Origin: Auanema rhodensis | Lineage: Eukaryota > Animalia > Nematoda | Assembly: GCA_964057225.1 (NCBI GenBank) | Contig: OZ059897.1 | Span: forward strand, 5,580,001-5,644,000 | DNA: 64,000 bases | Direction: 5' to 3' | Shown here: positions 12,929 through 27,200 of the stretch, piece by piece | Layout of the letters: every line of letters begins with the position of its first letter | How positions within the stretch are numbered: position 1 is the first letter of the stretch | The notes under the pieces: generated by a model | Told to the model about the DNA's origin: nothing | The model's input: only the letters and a program-made list of their open reading frames with translations | Database searches by the model: none | Position numbers and translations under genes: made by a program

Positions 12929-15900
12929 ATGGAAGAATCAATGTTCCCCAACCAGGAGACGGCTGAAGCCAGATACATCGCTATCTTTGGCACCCGTACT
13001 CGATTCGTCGTAATGGTCCTCGTACTCTTATGCCTGACAAGTATCTGGTAAGTCTTTATAGTTAAAAAATGTTATTTTTGAAATTAAATTTCAACCAAAG
13101 CTGCCAAGATGATAAAATGCTTTGAATATAACATATTATTCATGAATTTATATCAATTTAAGGACATTTAATATTATTTTGAAAATGATTTGATAAAGCC
13201 GGAAAAGAAGAAAAAAGGAAATTAGCTTATATACTAAAATTTTATTTGCATCAAAAATATTTTATAAAAATAAAAATTTAAATAAGGACTTTGAATGATT
13301 TTTCAATCAAAATTCTTTTTTTTTTAAATAAATATTTAATATTTCAGGTCAAATATCTTAACTTTCCAATTTTCTGTTATCTGTATGGCACCAAAGGAAA
13401 ATATGAATATGACATTCATAAATGGAACTCATGACATGAAGGATACATTCACCTTCACCCAAGGTTAGTTTTCTTTCTAATATTCTCATATGAATATCTG
13501 AAAATTATAATTTTAGGACAACAATCCTGGGCTATCACTGCTGTTGCTATTGCTGCTTTGGTTGGAAACTTCCCCATTGTTCAGCTTGTTAATCGAATTG
13601 GAATTCGTACCATCTTCGCATCATTGGGTATTCTGTCGGCTATTGCTACACTGTTGATGCCCACTGCCATCAGAGTATGTTTTCTCATTAAAATCTTTAA
13701 TTTCTCAAATATTCATTTGGGAAGAATACTTCTTATCACTTTTCTTACAATCATTTCATTCTTTTTGTTTTTTTTTTCGATTCATCTTCACCACATAAAC
13801 ACGAATTTGTAAAACCACATAAGCCTCTTCCAAAATCTAGCCCCTGTCTCTCAACTGTGCATCAATCAACAAGTTCGATCATCGTCAGATCATAGTTATA
13901 TTATTTTCAAAGTTTATACGTCATGATCGACATTATAACTTACGTTCGTCTGTACTCAAAAACATGACCAGACGGTAAATACGTGTTTAGATGTGTTGTC
14001 GATTCAATTCAAATATTTGCTTTCAAGTTTTAGTTAGTTAGTTAGCTTCGTTCGTGAAATTGAAATTGTCTGTCCTATCCAATGAGTCTTGTTTTCATTG
14101 GCTTCAAGAATGAAGCCCATCATTCCCATTCATATTCCGCTTTTCCACATTCAACACCTTAAAGGAGAGATCACTCAACATAAATCAAACATGACTTGTG
14201 TACTTTGCATTTACCAGTTTGTTATATATAGAATGTTTCATCTTTTTTTCCTAATTACCTCTAATGATATTTATTTTTCAGTTTGGATTCGCATACTTGT
14301 TGGTTGCCCGTATATGCCAAGGAGTCGCTTTCGCAGCCAATTTTCCAGTGATCGGAGCCTTCTGTGCCAAATGGGCTTATTACAAGCAAGTAGGTTCTAG
14401 TTTTCTTGATTATCCGAGTATTCTATGATTCTCTCTATTTTTTTGATATTATCGTGAAAGAAATAAAATACTGTACATCAGTAGAGCATCGATGTTCATG
14501 TTATAACCTGAATTTGGCTGATGCTATGCTTATATATATGTTTCAGAATGGATTATTTGTCTCAGCACTAGTTGCTTATGTGCAACTGGCGCCTGCTATT
14601 ACTATGCCGATTTCCGGCTCATTGTGTGAAGCCTTCCGGTATTTGAAGTGTTATAAGTATTCATGGTAATATTATGTATGCTTTAAGCTGGCCATCCGTT
14701 TTCTATGCACATGGAGCTGTCACTCTGGTCCTCTTCCTTGTGTACGGTATTTTCTACCGTAACAGTCCAAACAAGCATCCATTCGTTGGAAATGTTGAAT
14801 TACACAAGATATCCATTGGAAAAGTTCGCGTTGCTGAGTACGTTTACAACTATTTACAAGAATTATTTTAAACTATTCCATTATTGCTTCCTGCTCAGCA
14901 AAATTATATTAATTTGTGATTTTTGTAGCAAACGCAGTGTGCAAAAAGTACCATATATGGCAATTCTCAAAACTCCAGCTGTTTGGGCTGTTTGGATTGG
15001 ATCACTTGGCAACTTCGTCTGCGTAAACATGATGTTCTTGTTCTCTCCTATTTATCTGTCAACAGGTATTATTATATTCTTAAATATAGAATTCATATTG
15101 CTTTTCAAAGCATTTTTCAAAAAAATCTTCCAATGAAGAAGTGAAAGAGATAAAAGACAAAAGATGTTTTGTTGTATCTAATATCATTCTTATATAATTT
15201 GCAGTCCTTGGATTCCCTGTTCATAAGACTGGAATTTCTGCAGCTTTACCACCATTCGCTCAGTTCATGGCAAAGCTTATTTGTGGTTTGCATATCAGAT
15301 TATATGCTATTTAATCCATGTTTTCAAATGTTTAGGAGCTCTTTCTGATCGTATCAAATGCATCAGTGAGGTTAACAAGTTCCGTCTTTTCAATACAATT
15401 GCTTTCGTTGGAAGTGGACTCTGTCTTACCATTCTTGGATTTATGGGAACTTCTAACAAGGTTTGTAATTAAAAACTTTTAAATTAGACTTATTAGCTTG
15501 AATGAGCTTATTCTAATTTTTATTTTTAGAATGCTAACATGTTGATGCTTGGAGCTGCTGCTGGAGTTCTTGGAGCTACCACCGGAGGATTCTTCAAATC
15601 CGGACCAGTTATTTCTCGTCAATACAGGTAAATATAAGAATTCAAAAATTAATTTTTAAAATTAAATTTCAGTCACTTTGTTACTGGAAATATCTCACTT
15701 GGTTTGACTATTACCATGGTTGTTATTCCATTTATTGTTAATGGACTTACTCCTCATAATACTCAAGAAGAGTGGAGATATGTCTTCTGGTTTGTCGCTG
15801 CTTTCATGGTTCGTTTTCCCTTTTTGATTTTTTGATTTCATTATATTCTCTTTCAGTTTGTCGCCAACATCGTGTTCTGTGTCATCATCCGTGGAGAGCC

Positions 15901-15988
15901 ATGCGACTTCACCAAAGACGATTACGTAGTCAAGAAGCCAGCTGTAACTGATTCTTCTCGCTCAGAGCCAGCTCTACAACAATACTAA
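12929..15988 (+). CDS. SLC17-family (anion:cation symporter) MFS transporter, 12 exons
   Basis: Exons joined with GT-AG introns and consistent phase (approx. 12929-13047, 13348-13463, 13517-13674, 14282-14389, 14547-14638, 14688-14837, 14929-15065, 15205-15286, 15336-15460, 15530-15627, 15673-15808, 15857-15988). Translation includes RTRFVVMVLVLLCLTSIWSNILTFQFSVICM, ARICQGVAFAANFPVIGAFCAKW, WPSVFYAHG, VPYMAILKTPAVWAVW and EEWRYVFW, typical of nematode slc-17 proteins. Confidence 0.93.
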
Positions 15989-18140
15989 CTTCTCAAATAT
16001 CCAACAAACATCGAAATACAAAAAAAGTATTTTTGATTATTGTTGTTAAACTTTCTCCTTATTTTATAGTTTTTTCATATTTTTTGTTTTCTAACCCTTC
16101 ATAACTTGAACCGTCTCCCTCTCTCTCCCCTCCCTCCACCTTCTCACAATACTGTGTATCTTCCCTGGTCTGACCATATCTATGGTTATCATTCCAATAA
16201 TTGTATTGGAGGTTATAGCCTCAAAACACTTCAGAAGAAGGGCAATATGTCTTCTTTTGTGTCTTTGCTCACATCATCAGATTTAAACAAGACATCTTGA
16301 TGAGATTTAATCATCGTCGTCTGCTGATTTTTTGTATTTTTTCAAAAATTTTAAACCAAACTTATGCAGTAATCTTTTCTTCTCTTACAGTTTGATCTCA
16401 AAATGTGCTGCTACTAATGATGATTGTACACTATCACTTACTTACTTATATTTTCTATTTTCATAGATCAACAATACTATATAATTCCTTTAACTAAAAA
16501 GTTCAAAAGAAAAAGTTTTTTTTTTCGTCTTTTGGGGTTCAATTCAAGTGGATTCTTACATTTATTTTCTATGTAATAACCTTGTCTTTAAAATCTCAAA
16601 ACGTTATTGACAACTGAAGTTTTATAATCTTTAAGTTTTATGTGGATTTTTAGCGCTTCGAGGTCATCTTATGCAAATGAAAACATTTAATCATTTTCTC
16701 TTTTTTTATGTAAATGTCTTTAACATAAATATTTTATTTTTTCTAGACGTTTTCTTCATTTTAACGATGAAATTTACAAAAAGAAGTACTATTTTCAATG
16801 TAATGAAGAGATCTTATGGTAATACTTATGCTTCTCGTTCTTCATTGGCATGAAATAGTTATAATTATACAGCATAGTTAGTGATTATTGGTCATTTATT
16901 ATCAATAATTCTGAATTATAAATATATTAAATGACTTCAAATTTGGCAACGAAATCTTAGTTTTCATATATACAACAGTTAATTCGAAATCCATTTTGAA
17001 TTATTTGGATTGTTTTTATAATAACAAACTTTCATTTTGTTCAATCTTCACATGCTCTTAAAGGACATTAAGTTGTTTATAATTAATTTTGTCTTTTACT
17101 ATATGAGATAAAGTTAAATTGAAAACTTATTTATATGTATTTATTTCATTTTATATATATATAGTAGTTTGATTTATATCAAATTAGTTTTTATTTTTAA
17201 TTATAGAAAATAAATAAGAAATATAATCAGGTGTTATAATGGAAATAATATTAAATTATATGAAAAGAATATAAATAATTATAAAAATGTTTTATAAGTT
17301 TTAATTTATTTTGGCTAATTGTTGAATTTTTTAAAATTTCAACTTATCATCATACAGCCGGAGTATAAAGATGAAGCATTGGTGAGCATATCAAATTCAG
17401 TTAAAACTTGAATTTTATTCTTTCAAACTCAAGACTGTAATGTATAACAAACGTTTTTCTATAATATGCTGGTTTAGTTGAAAGCATATTCATGATAAGT
17501 TTGAATGAAACCTTTGTTATATTCAACATTCATCAGATTAATTCACATTTGATAACCATAAAGATATTATTAAAATAAAAGAAATTTAAAAATAAATATT
17601 TATAAGTAGAAATGAAAATTATTTTCTGTTTTCTTTTTATAATTTTATTATAAAATTCTTAGATAAAAAAACAAAAAAAAATGGTTTAGAATGATTGTTT
17701 TCCATTTTATACACCTGCTAATGATTGTGACGACATAGTCTTCAGAAAATGAAATATTATAATATTCAACTGAATAAATCTGTTTATTTATATAATTTCA
17801 TTTGATTTTATTATTGTTTTGTAATTTTTGTATGTAAATACTTTTTTTATTCATTTTTTCTTAAATAATCTTTAATTATTTTATAATTTAGGAAGGAAAA
17901 ACAATTCAAAATTGAAAAGGAAAGACGAAACTATATATAAATATTCAATTTATTCCATATAATATGTACAGGTGCTCAATATAAATAATATACATTTAAT
18001 TTTTTTAATAACAGAAAAAATTGATTTTTTCAAAAAATTAATATTTAGATTTTGCTGAATTTCGTAATGAAAATTGAATCAATCATTTATCTCAATATCA
18101 TTATCATCGTCGTATAGAGGGAGATTGATAAAGAGATAGC

Positions 18141-18190
18141 TAGAAAGAGAGAGAGGGAGAGAGGGAGAGAGAGAGAGAAAGAGAAAGAGA
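18141..18190. repeat. (GA)n-rich tract upstream of the chemoreceptor gene
   Basis: Imperfect GA repeat. Confidence 0.8.
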
Positions 18191-18345
18191 GTGCGATAGA
18201 TCATTAGAACATTCAATTATCTTCCTCATAAGTATTTTTTAATATCTATTTTCTGAAGAAAAAAAAAAGGTTTTAGTGGCATATCATATCTGATTCTTTT
18301 GGAATTCTCTAGAGAACAATTGCTCTTTAACTATATTTATTAAAA

Positions 18346-19949
18346 ATGGATTCAAATTCAACAATATTCAATACTGATACATCGATATATGAAGCTATAT
18401 TAACTTATATTTGTATATGTAATACATTTTTATATGTTTTATCTTTTTTTATTATTCAAATATTTTCTCCACGTATGGTTAAACGACATAAAATTCTTTA
18501 TATATGTCATATATCATGGTTTGTTTCTATTTTTATGTTTTTTCTTCTAATTCATTTAATATTATTCATTTAAAGGGTTCAATGTTTTTCCTTATTTCTT
18601 TCTAAATTAGTTTGTTTGGATGTTATGGAGTATTGTCTTACTCTTCATCAACTTGGTCCTGCTAATCATATTCATATTTCTGCTCGTATAGGTCTTACTA
18701 TAATCTGTATAATTGCTGCATGTATGTCGTTTCAATCAAATACATCTGAATCATCTGTATGATATTTCTTACAGGCATTGTATCCTCACTTTATCATATT
18801 GGGCTTAACTGTATATTTCGAATCAGCTCACAAGCAAATATTTTTCGAAAATTTAGTGAGCTTGAAGCTTATATAATGCTTGGTAGCTATATACTCAATG
18901 CATTTCTTGTAATTCTGGCTGTTTCATGGATTTTTCCTTCTAATCAGGCACATGCCAAGCAAACTCTAAATAAGGTTTTTGATATTCCTCGTATACTGGT
19001 GATTCACATCCCAAATAGCTTATTTTTCTTTGTAAAATTGAATATTTCAAAATAATTTTTAAACAAAACGCTTCAGTTATTCTTGAATTTTTCAATTTTT
19101 TTCATCAAATTTCAGCAAAAAATAGAATGTAAAGAAGATTTAATACAATCTCCATCATATGTTGTAGCTCATCCTAAACGAATAGAACAAACTTCATATC
19201 TACTAGTCTTATCACTTATAAGTGTTCTTCTTATTTTATGTTTATTATGGAGAGTTGCAACTATTCTTATAACTAATAATTCGATTGGTTTATCACAAAA
19301 ATCTCGAAAACTACATAGGACATTCATACATGTATTTGCCTTACAGGTACACTTATAATCATTTCATTTTTTTCACAACATTAAAACTTGAATTGCAATT
19401 TAAACCGATTATAGTATAATAACTATTATAAATTTCAGTCATTATTGCCAGTTTCTTTATCTATATGCGCAATTTTTCTTATATTATGTCTTTCAGTACA
19501 ACTTCCTTTTAATGGTTTGTGTTTTGATATGATTTTTTGAGAAAAATATTAAAATTTCATATTAACAGGTGTTGGTCGACTACTTGTCATAATCATTATC
19601 TTAAGTTGTTCATTTAATTTAATGATATTTCTATTTGTAACTAAATCATATCATAACTATATAAGATATAAATTATATCGAATATTTAATGGTTAATTTT
19701 TAAATTTTAAACAAAAAAAAATTTGTTTGTCTATTCTATCTAAGAAAAGTTTTGATTTGAACTTCAAAAACATGAAATATGAAAAGCCGTATGTTTCATT
19801 CAAAACAATAGATTAATGAAAATTAAATATTTCTTATATTCATTCATGTTTTTCTCTTTTTCATAAAAAAATATTTTTTTTTAGAAAACAGCAGTGTAGC
19901 AACTATGTATAATGTGAATACATCTTCTAGAATACAACCATCTACTTAA
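18346..19949 (+). CDS. Nematode serpentine 7TM chemoreceptor, Str superfamily (Srh-like), 7 exons
   Basis: Exons approx. 18346-18518, 18576-18721, 18775-18974, 19116-19346, 19439-19514, 19569-19692, 19885-19949 splice in frame. Multiple hydrophobic helices plus Srh-type hallmarks: FSPRMVKRHK after TM1, PSNQAHAK after TM4, LSQKSRKLHRTFIHVFALQSLLP in IC3/TM6, and TKSYHNYI after TM7. Confidence 0.85.
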
Positions 19950-20655
19950 TATAAATTATTTCTTTGTTTATAGTATATACATATTTCAGATTATTCTTTT
20001 AATTTATTATATATTATATTATTATGTTTAATAGAATTTCTTTTTTAAATTAAAAAATCGTATAAATGAAGAGTAAACTTCTTTATTATCATTGCATATT
20101 TCATTATTAATGAAAAAAACTTCAAAAGCCAAGTTCAAGTTATTCATTTGAACTATAATATACCCGAATGTTTTCTGATGTTTTTTTTTGTCTTTGGCTT
20201 ATACCAATAAATTTGTAATCATAATTGAGGAATAAAATAAAAATACAATATGATACAAGCAAATCAAGCATATTTGAAAGTATGAGTCATACATGTAATT
20301 AATCAGAAGAGGAGGAATTATAAAGAATGTGAGAGACTTTCAAAATTCAATTTCAAAGTATTATTATCCAATAATAGATGAACGAAAGACATATATGTAA
20401 ATTAAATTATATATTAATAATAAAGGAAATCATAGCTATTAAAGGTGTTCTTAGCGCATATGTGTAAGTGGGTGTCAGACAACGCCATCAAGACGTTCGT
20501 TCACCTGTTCACAAATGGTCTTGATTATTATACAGAACATAATATTGAAAAAGTTAAGTATAAAATCAATTATACATTATGTATATTATATATATATATT
20601 ATATAAATTATTATTAATAACCTATGATCTTCATCGTAGAATTATGGCTGAGTTT

Positions 20656-23514
20656 TCAAAGAGGCATCATTGCAACTGAACGATTATATGATGAAGAGGA
20701 AGTTGTTGAAACATGATCATCGTCCACATCCATTTCTTCTTCTTCTTCTACTTCTTCATCATCTTCATCATCATCAAATTCGTCGTCTTCGTCAGATGAA
20801 ACGTTAACTTTCCTGAAACCAGCTCCATACAGGTCTGGTTCAAGCTTGATTGAATGTGCAGCTAATAGCATAGGTTTCTTTTCTTCGAAATTCCAACCAG
20901 GGAAGAGATCATCGAGAGTGGTGTTATCCTAAAATGATAAAACGAATTGTTTAGAGAATTGCAAAATGAAAAACTCGCCTTTCGAGTAAAACTACGAGGA
21001 GGTGCACGAGGACCGAAAATTCTCTGAGGCATTCTTTTCTCCAAATTATGAGCATCATTTTCATTTCTGATTCCTTCGTCAATGCTGGACTGTTCTTCAG
21101 TTTCATCATGAACTGATCTATCGTTTACGTCACAATCTTCTTCTTCCGCATCAGATTCTTTTGAAGAGTTGTTATCATCACTATCGTCGTCGCTTGAATG
21201 GTCCGTGTGATCAGTATCCAGACAGCTGTCGTCATCCACATCACTGTTAGAATCAGCATCAGAATCTGCATACGCCGAATCACATTCGTCGTCATGTTCC
21301 ATATCCCTCATAACAACATTGTCCAAGAAATTTCGAACAGGAATGAAACTGTTATCAATTGGTTCGACCATTTTTTGTTCCTTTTTCGAAGGAACTATTT
21401 GATAAGCATATCTTCCATAAGCTTTACGATGAGCGGCACCAATCTACATAAAAGGAACAAGATAACAATATTGAAAAGTCTAGCCACTAAGACATACCCC
21501 AGGCCTGCGGTATGGAATCATTTCAAATTGGAAATTAAACGATTGTAAAGTTAGAAATTGTTCTTGAAGCTTTCGATCATAGTATGGTGTCCAAAGAAAA
21601 CGAAGTCCACCTGTTCGTGCTATCAAGAAAAATGATAAAATTACCCGAAAGAACATTAATAACTTACGTTTGGGACGAATCAACTTCTTCCAGCCATACC
21701 AACTTTCAGGAGCTTTTTCATTATTGGATAATTCTTTAACTGAAAAAGAAAACAATTAGTTATAGTTTTTATTGATTATAAACACTGAAATGAATGCAAC
21801 AACCGGCTCCTTCAAAATTTGAAAATAATGATTTTTGACGTGAAACGTGTTCAATTCTTATTTTCAATTATGCTAATTATACGTCAGTTAATAACAATAT
21901 ATAGCAAAAAAAAATAAAAAAACTTCAAACATACTTTTCTTTGGTGAAGCAATATGCTGATTTCTAACATGGCTTTCAACTTTAGACATGCATCTAAATC
22001 TTTCTGTACATCCTTCGATCAAGCATTTGAAGACTCTAGCTGTTCCTGAATGTCTTGTACGAATGTGTTCCAAGAGCCATTTATACTGAAAAACAAAAAT
22101 ATAGAAACTATAAGAAAATAGAAATAGAAACCTTCTTTTCCCGATCACCACGTGAAACACTCATCTTACATTTACCGAATTCACAAGCAACAATGCTTGG
22201 AACAACTGTAGGCTCCATTAACCTTACTTCATCAACATGTTTCTAAAACCGATGAATTTGGATTATAAGTATAATAGGAATAACTAACCTCAATCATATG
22301 ATCATAAAGATTATCGTATGCATCAAACTCGAGGTTACAGTTCTTCCAATAACATGTGAAATCTTCTTGTGCTTCTTCAGTGATTACCCAATTACCTTCA
22401 TCATCAAGATTTTTTCTCAAAACTGGTGATTTCGATTTGATTGTCTTATCATCTTCAGACACAACGTCTTCATGTTCTTGAGTAGACGTTGAAGCAGAAG
22501 CCCAATCAGCTGTAAAATTCGTTTTTAACAATAGTTCAAATGAAGACAGATGTCACACAAAATTAAGAACTTACGTGATGGAATACCAGAATCTGTTGAT
22601 GTTGATTGAGTGGATACAGCTTGTAGTTCAAGTTCTTCCTTTTTGATTATATCACAATCATGAGATCCAGAGATGGACACAGAATACGCAACACTATCAC
22701 AACACGAAGATGACGAGGAGGAAGTGCCAGCTCGTGCTGAGTCTTTAATCATAAATTAAAAAATTGTTATAAAATGAGAACGAAGTATACCGATGTCTCC
22801 GAAGTTCTGCTTCAGATAGCTGCAAGTTACACCTTCTTCAGCTAATTCCAATACAGCCTTCTTTATGTTAGTTTGATTGTTCCCATTATCAGATGTATTT
22901 TTCCTTTTACGAGTAATACAGACAAGTAGTGCTGATGATTCAGGTAAAGCTGCTTCATCAGAATCTACAGCTTTAGCTGGAGAACAAGTAGAACGGTCCG
23001 ACTATAAAGAATGAAAATTAAATAAATGAAAGATTAAAACATATAATTAATATAACTTTTATTATAATTATATTAATTATATAATTTATTTTAATTATAT
23101 TCAAATTTTTTAAATTAATTAATTTTAAAAAAGACAAAACAATGAAATATGAAGATGAAAGGCGTAAAGAGATGTGAAAGAAGAAGAGATGGAAGAATGG
23201 CTATAAGAAATGAATTCAAATTTTTTCGTTTGGAAAATCATCAATGATTCGGTAAATTTCAAATGAATCTCAGTTTTTTTTATAAATTATCCTTGCCAGT
23301 AGAAATACGAACAAAGCAAAGCGAGGAAGTTTCAACAAAAAATAAATGGTATTGGGTATTCAGATGCCAGTCTGGACGTAACGTGTGGCATTTTTCACAG
23401 AAAAAAAAGAAAAAGAAAAAAACTCACCACAAGTAGACGAAGATCTGGCTTCTTTGGAGAAAATGATAAGGAATCACAACCGGAGTCATACGACAAAGGA
23501 CTCAGACGGTCCAT
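20656..23514 (-). CDS. AEBP2/Jing-like C2H2 zinc-finger protein (PRC2 accessory factor family), 10 exons
   Basis: ATG 23514 (MDRLSPLSYDSG), Ser-rich N-terminus, then three fingers: CYWKNC..LYDHMIEKHVD; CEFGKC..KWLLEHIRTRHSG; FKCLIEGCTERF..ESHVRNQH. These are followed by a basic patch, PYYDRKLQEQFLTLQSFNF, acidic tracts and DDLFPGW..KLEPDLY. The pattern matches my recollection of AEBP2 (HVD, WLQRHMLTHSG, FKCVVGGC, DFFD..ICFN, LDPNIY). The last intron, 20978-20929, is GC-AG. Confidence 0.8.
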
Positions 23515-23582
23515 ACCCAGATCTATAATTTTTCAAAAATTAATTTTTGTCAATTGAAATAGAAGAGAAAAGATGAGAATAT

Positions 23583-23748
23583 TGATAAGAATGGGACATT
23601 AAAAGATCAAAAGTTCCTGAAATAGATAGTAAAGAATGTAGAATATGAGAAATGAATTGAATAGAAAGAATTGAGACAAATCAAGAACTGATAAGATATA
23701 GTTGGTTATCTTTATTATACTCTCTTCTTTTCTTTATAAATGATAAGA
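23583..23748. promoter_or_regulatory. Three TGATAAGA GATA-factor sites directly upstream of the zinc-finger gene
   Basis: TGATAAGA at 23583, 23689 and 23741 in the same orientation. The background is AT-rich, so significance is modest. Confidence 0.3.
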
Positions 23749-24168
23749 AATACACATAAATATACATAATTATAAAAATATTCAAAGGATTTTTTTTTAA
23801 AAAACAAGAGAGAGAGATACAAACAATACGTAGATCTTGAAAATTTTTTAAAAATTGTGCTCACAATCAATTGAGATTTTCAAGTAAATTGTATTTTGAT
23901 GACGTTAGCTAAATGCCAAACTATGAAATAGTTATTATATCTATATATATCTATATATATATATATAAAGATAAATATATTTGTTTTCTTTTTTTAAATA
24001 TTATATGACAAAGTTTGAATGAGGTGATGTGTTTGTGAGACCAAAATTGCCGTCTATCCATCCAAGAAAAGAAAAAAAGGAACTGAGCGAACAGTACAAG
24101 GTTACGGTACTTGTGTATGTGTTGACCCTTAATGATCCGCGTTGGTCATCACATTTTAGTCGGTATAG

Positions 24169-24234
24169 AAAGAGAGAAAGAGAAAGAAAGAGAGAAAAAG
24201 AGAGAGAGAGAGAGAGTAAGAGAGAGAGGGAGAG
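24169..24234. repeat. (GA)n-rich tract
   Basis: Imperfect GA/GAAA repeat, with a (TG)n tract nearby at about 24306-24329. Confidence 0.85.
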
Positions 24235-27200
24235 CTAGGGCATCTGGCTTACTTGCAGTCAGTTTTTGATTAATATACCGGGTACGAGACGGAAATCAGG
24301 TAATATGTGTGTGTGTGTATGTGTGTGTGTTAGCTAACATGCCTATGTCTGATTGAAGTAATTACTAACTGATGAATAGGTTATATATGCTATTATCAAA
24401 AATGTTTTTTTAGAATAAAAATAATATTCAAAAAGAAAAAGATGTTAAAGATGAGAATAAGATTGAATAAGATATGGGTGGTGGAAATTAGCAAAAAAAA
24501 AAACGAAAGATGGATGACTGAAAGAGGAAGGGGTAGCAATGTTTTAAAAAAGAAAAAAGAAACACATGTAGTTGAATATAGTATAGTATAGAATAAAATA
24601 TAAAGTTTATTTATAATTTAATGTATTAAGAATGATTGTTTGACATTTTAAAAATGAAGATAGATTGATGAGTTAAAAGGTCTTCTAGAGATTGATTCAA
24701 CAAAGAAACTTTTTCTTATGAATTGAGGTGTATCAAGAGTGATTAGAAGTGAGAAAATAGATGCATGAAGATATAATTGCAGGCAAGTAACTTGATTGAA
24801 AAGATAGAAATCAAACAGATTAATAGATATTTCATAAATTATTTTGAAAATTGTTAATTAAAAAAATAAAAATATTTATTTTATAAAATAGAAATCAACG
24901 ATTATGAGTATGGCATCTGAAATTGTTTTTCATGGCAAATACTGTAAATGGAAATATTATGAAAGAGGTATTTTGATTTAGAAGAAGCTACTCTTAGGTA
25001 TATGCCAATGAGATGAGGGGACTATATGCTGCTGTGTCGGATAGGATGTGTGCTATAAGGAGTCACAACTTGGGGTCAGATTGGTCAGAAAATCGATAAC
25101 AGACCTTGTATTCACCTCTTCAGAGGAACTCCGCCCATCAGATATACATAACCTATTATGGTAAGATTTGAACATAAGTAGATATAGTATGTACAAATAG
25201 ATTAAGTATAATGAGATGAAGATATATAAGCTGGATATGAATCATTTGATCATTAACAATTCCTTTGATTTATCTAACTATATATATATAATTATAGAAT
25301 AGAAAAACAAGTTTTATATATAAATTTATAAAATAAAATTCAAAAAGATAGATATGTATGTTTCAGAAATCGATGTGATGACATGTAAGCTTATGTGAGA
25401 ATGAGACAAGTTAAATATAAAGTAATAAGTAGGAAAGTAGTAGCTAGGAAAAGAATTGAAAGAGAAATGAAAAAAACTACACATAATCATATAGTATTGA
25501 ATAAAAAACATTATCAGAGAATGATATTGAATGTCCAATAAATCAAAGATGAACATTTTATGAAACTGACCAGTAAGTGATGAGATGGGGGAAGCTTTAA
25601 GCAATGAATACTGACTGACAAGCCCTCATCTACATCTGACAGACGAACGACGAAGGTCAATTAAGAAGCGTAGAACATGGGTATAAACGAGGAAGAGAGA
25701 GATTGGAGAAAAGAGAAATCATGTGGAAAATGAGAGAGAAAAAGACGTACAGAAAGAAAGGGAGAAGATGAGAGAGAGATGGACTATATGGCCAATACTA
25801 ATGGCATACAAGCCAGCTGGCGACATTTTTTTTTCTGTCCAACCATTTTTTTTCGATACAGCAAACCTCCCCCCCCCCTTTTACTTACCCCTGAATTGAA
25901 AGTAAGCACTGAGAAAGATAGATTGATCACCGGCATTTAACCAAGTGATGCCAATAACAACAATTCATTGATCATCGATGTATGAGATTATTCTGTTTAG
26001 TTTGATTAATTCAAACCAGAATTTGCACATGTACTATATTTCAATGAAGAACACTAGAGTAAATAACCAAAAACAATTTGTTTTAGAAATAAAACATTTA
26101 AAAAGTTTTAAATTTTAATTATAATTAAAAGAAAAAAAATATTAACTAACTATATGTTATATAATTAACAAAAATAAAAAGTGAAAATAGAGATTCTGAT
26201 TAAATATATATATATATATATATAGACCACGAGAATGGAAGCTATTCCATAGACGAGCCAGAATGAAAGGACATTGAGTGCATTTGCTCTCAAAACAGCA
26301 TTGCTGTTGTTGATCGCAAAGTCACAAGTTTATGAGATTGATAATTCCAATGAATGAATGACAGTGTATGTGTACGTGTGATGATGATACGAACTACTAT
26401 CACATTTGACAACAAGCACTCCATGACTGATACTGTATGTTAATAATTTATGATTTGATATCAATATATTCTTATCAGAATCATCATCATCATAATCATC
26501 ATAATACGCTTTCTATTCGATATGTTGCGGTATATTGAAGCTAAAATAGTAGAATGAAGATTGTTATAAAGAATTCTTCCTGTGTAACTATTTTGCTTCA
26601 AATATATAGAGAGAAAGCGAGAGAGTGAGAGAGAGAGAGAAACTCTAATGGAAAGTACAGGTAAAAACAGCTAGAACTAAAACAAATTGGAACTACAAAC
26701 GACAATATAATATAAGATATAATTTGAATAATTCAAGTAGTAAAGATGCTTCAATCCAAAAGAATCAAGTAGAAAGTTCAAACTTTGAATAACATTTGTA
26801 ACAAAAATAATTCAAAATCTTTGAAATAAAGAAATATTTGTAGTTAATAAAATAAAAAAAAAGGAATAAAAGGATATTAATAATAAAAATGAAAGGAAAT
26901 GATTGCAATAAACGAAGGTGAATAGGCTATGTGTGGTAAAATCAAATTTATGAAAAAGGAAGTTGATGACTTAAATTGACATATTAACCGGAAATAATAT
27001 ATATGATGATGTTCATATACATATATAAAAATAAAAAAAAAAGATTAAAAGTAGGTTGTAGATATCTTTGTATCTAAGAAATTGAAATAATCAATTAGTT
27101 ATATATGTATAGTTTATAGTTAATATTTATATAAATATAGTTAGATAATATTTATCAGTAATATCTTCATTTAATTTTATAAACTGACTCATTCAAAATA

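Noticed and set aside
27047-27066. AGTAGGTTGTA resembling let-7
   Set aside because: Lacks the TGAGGTAG seed and there is no hairpin partner.
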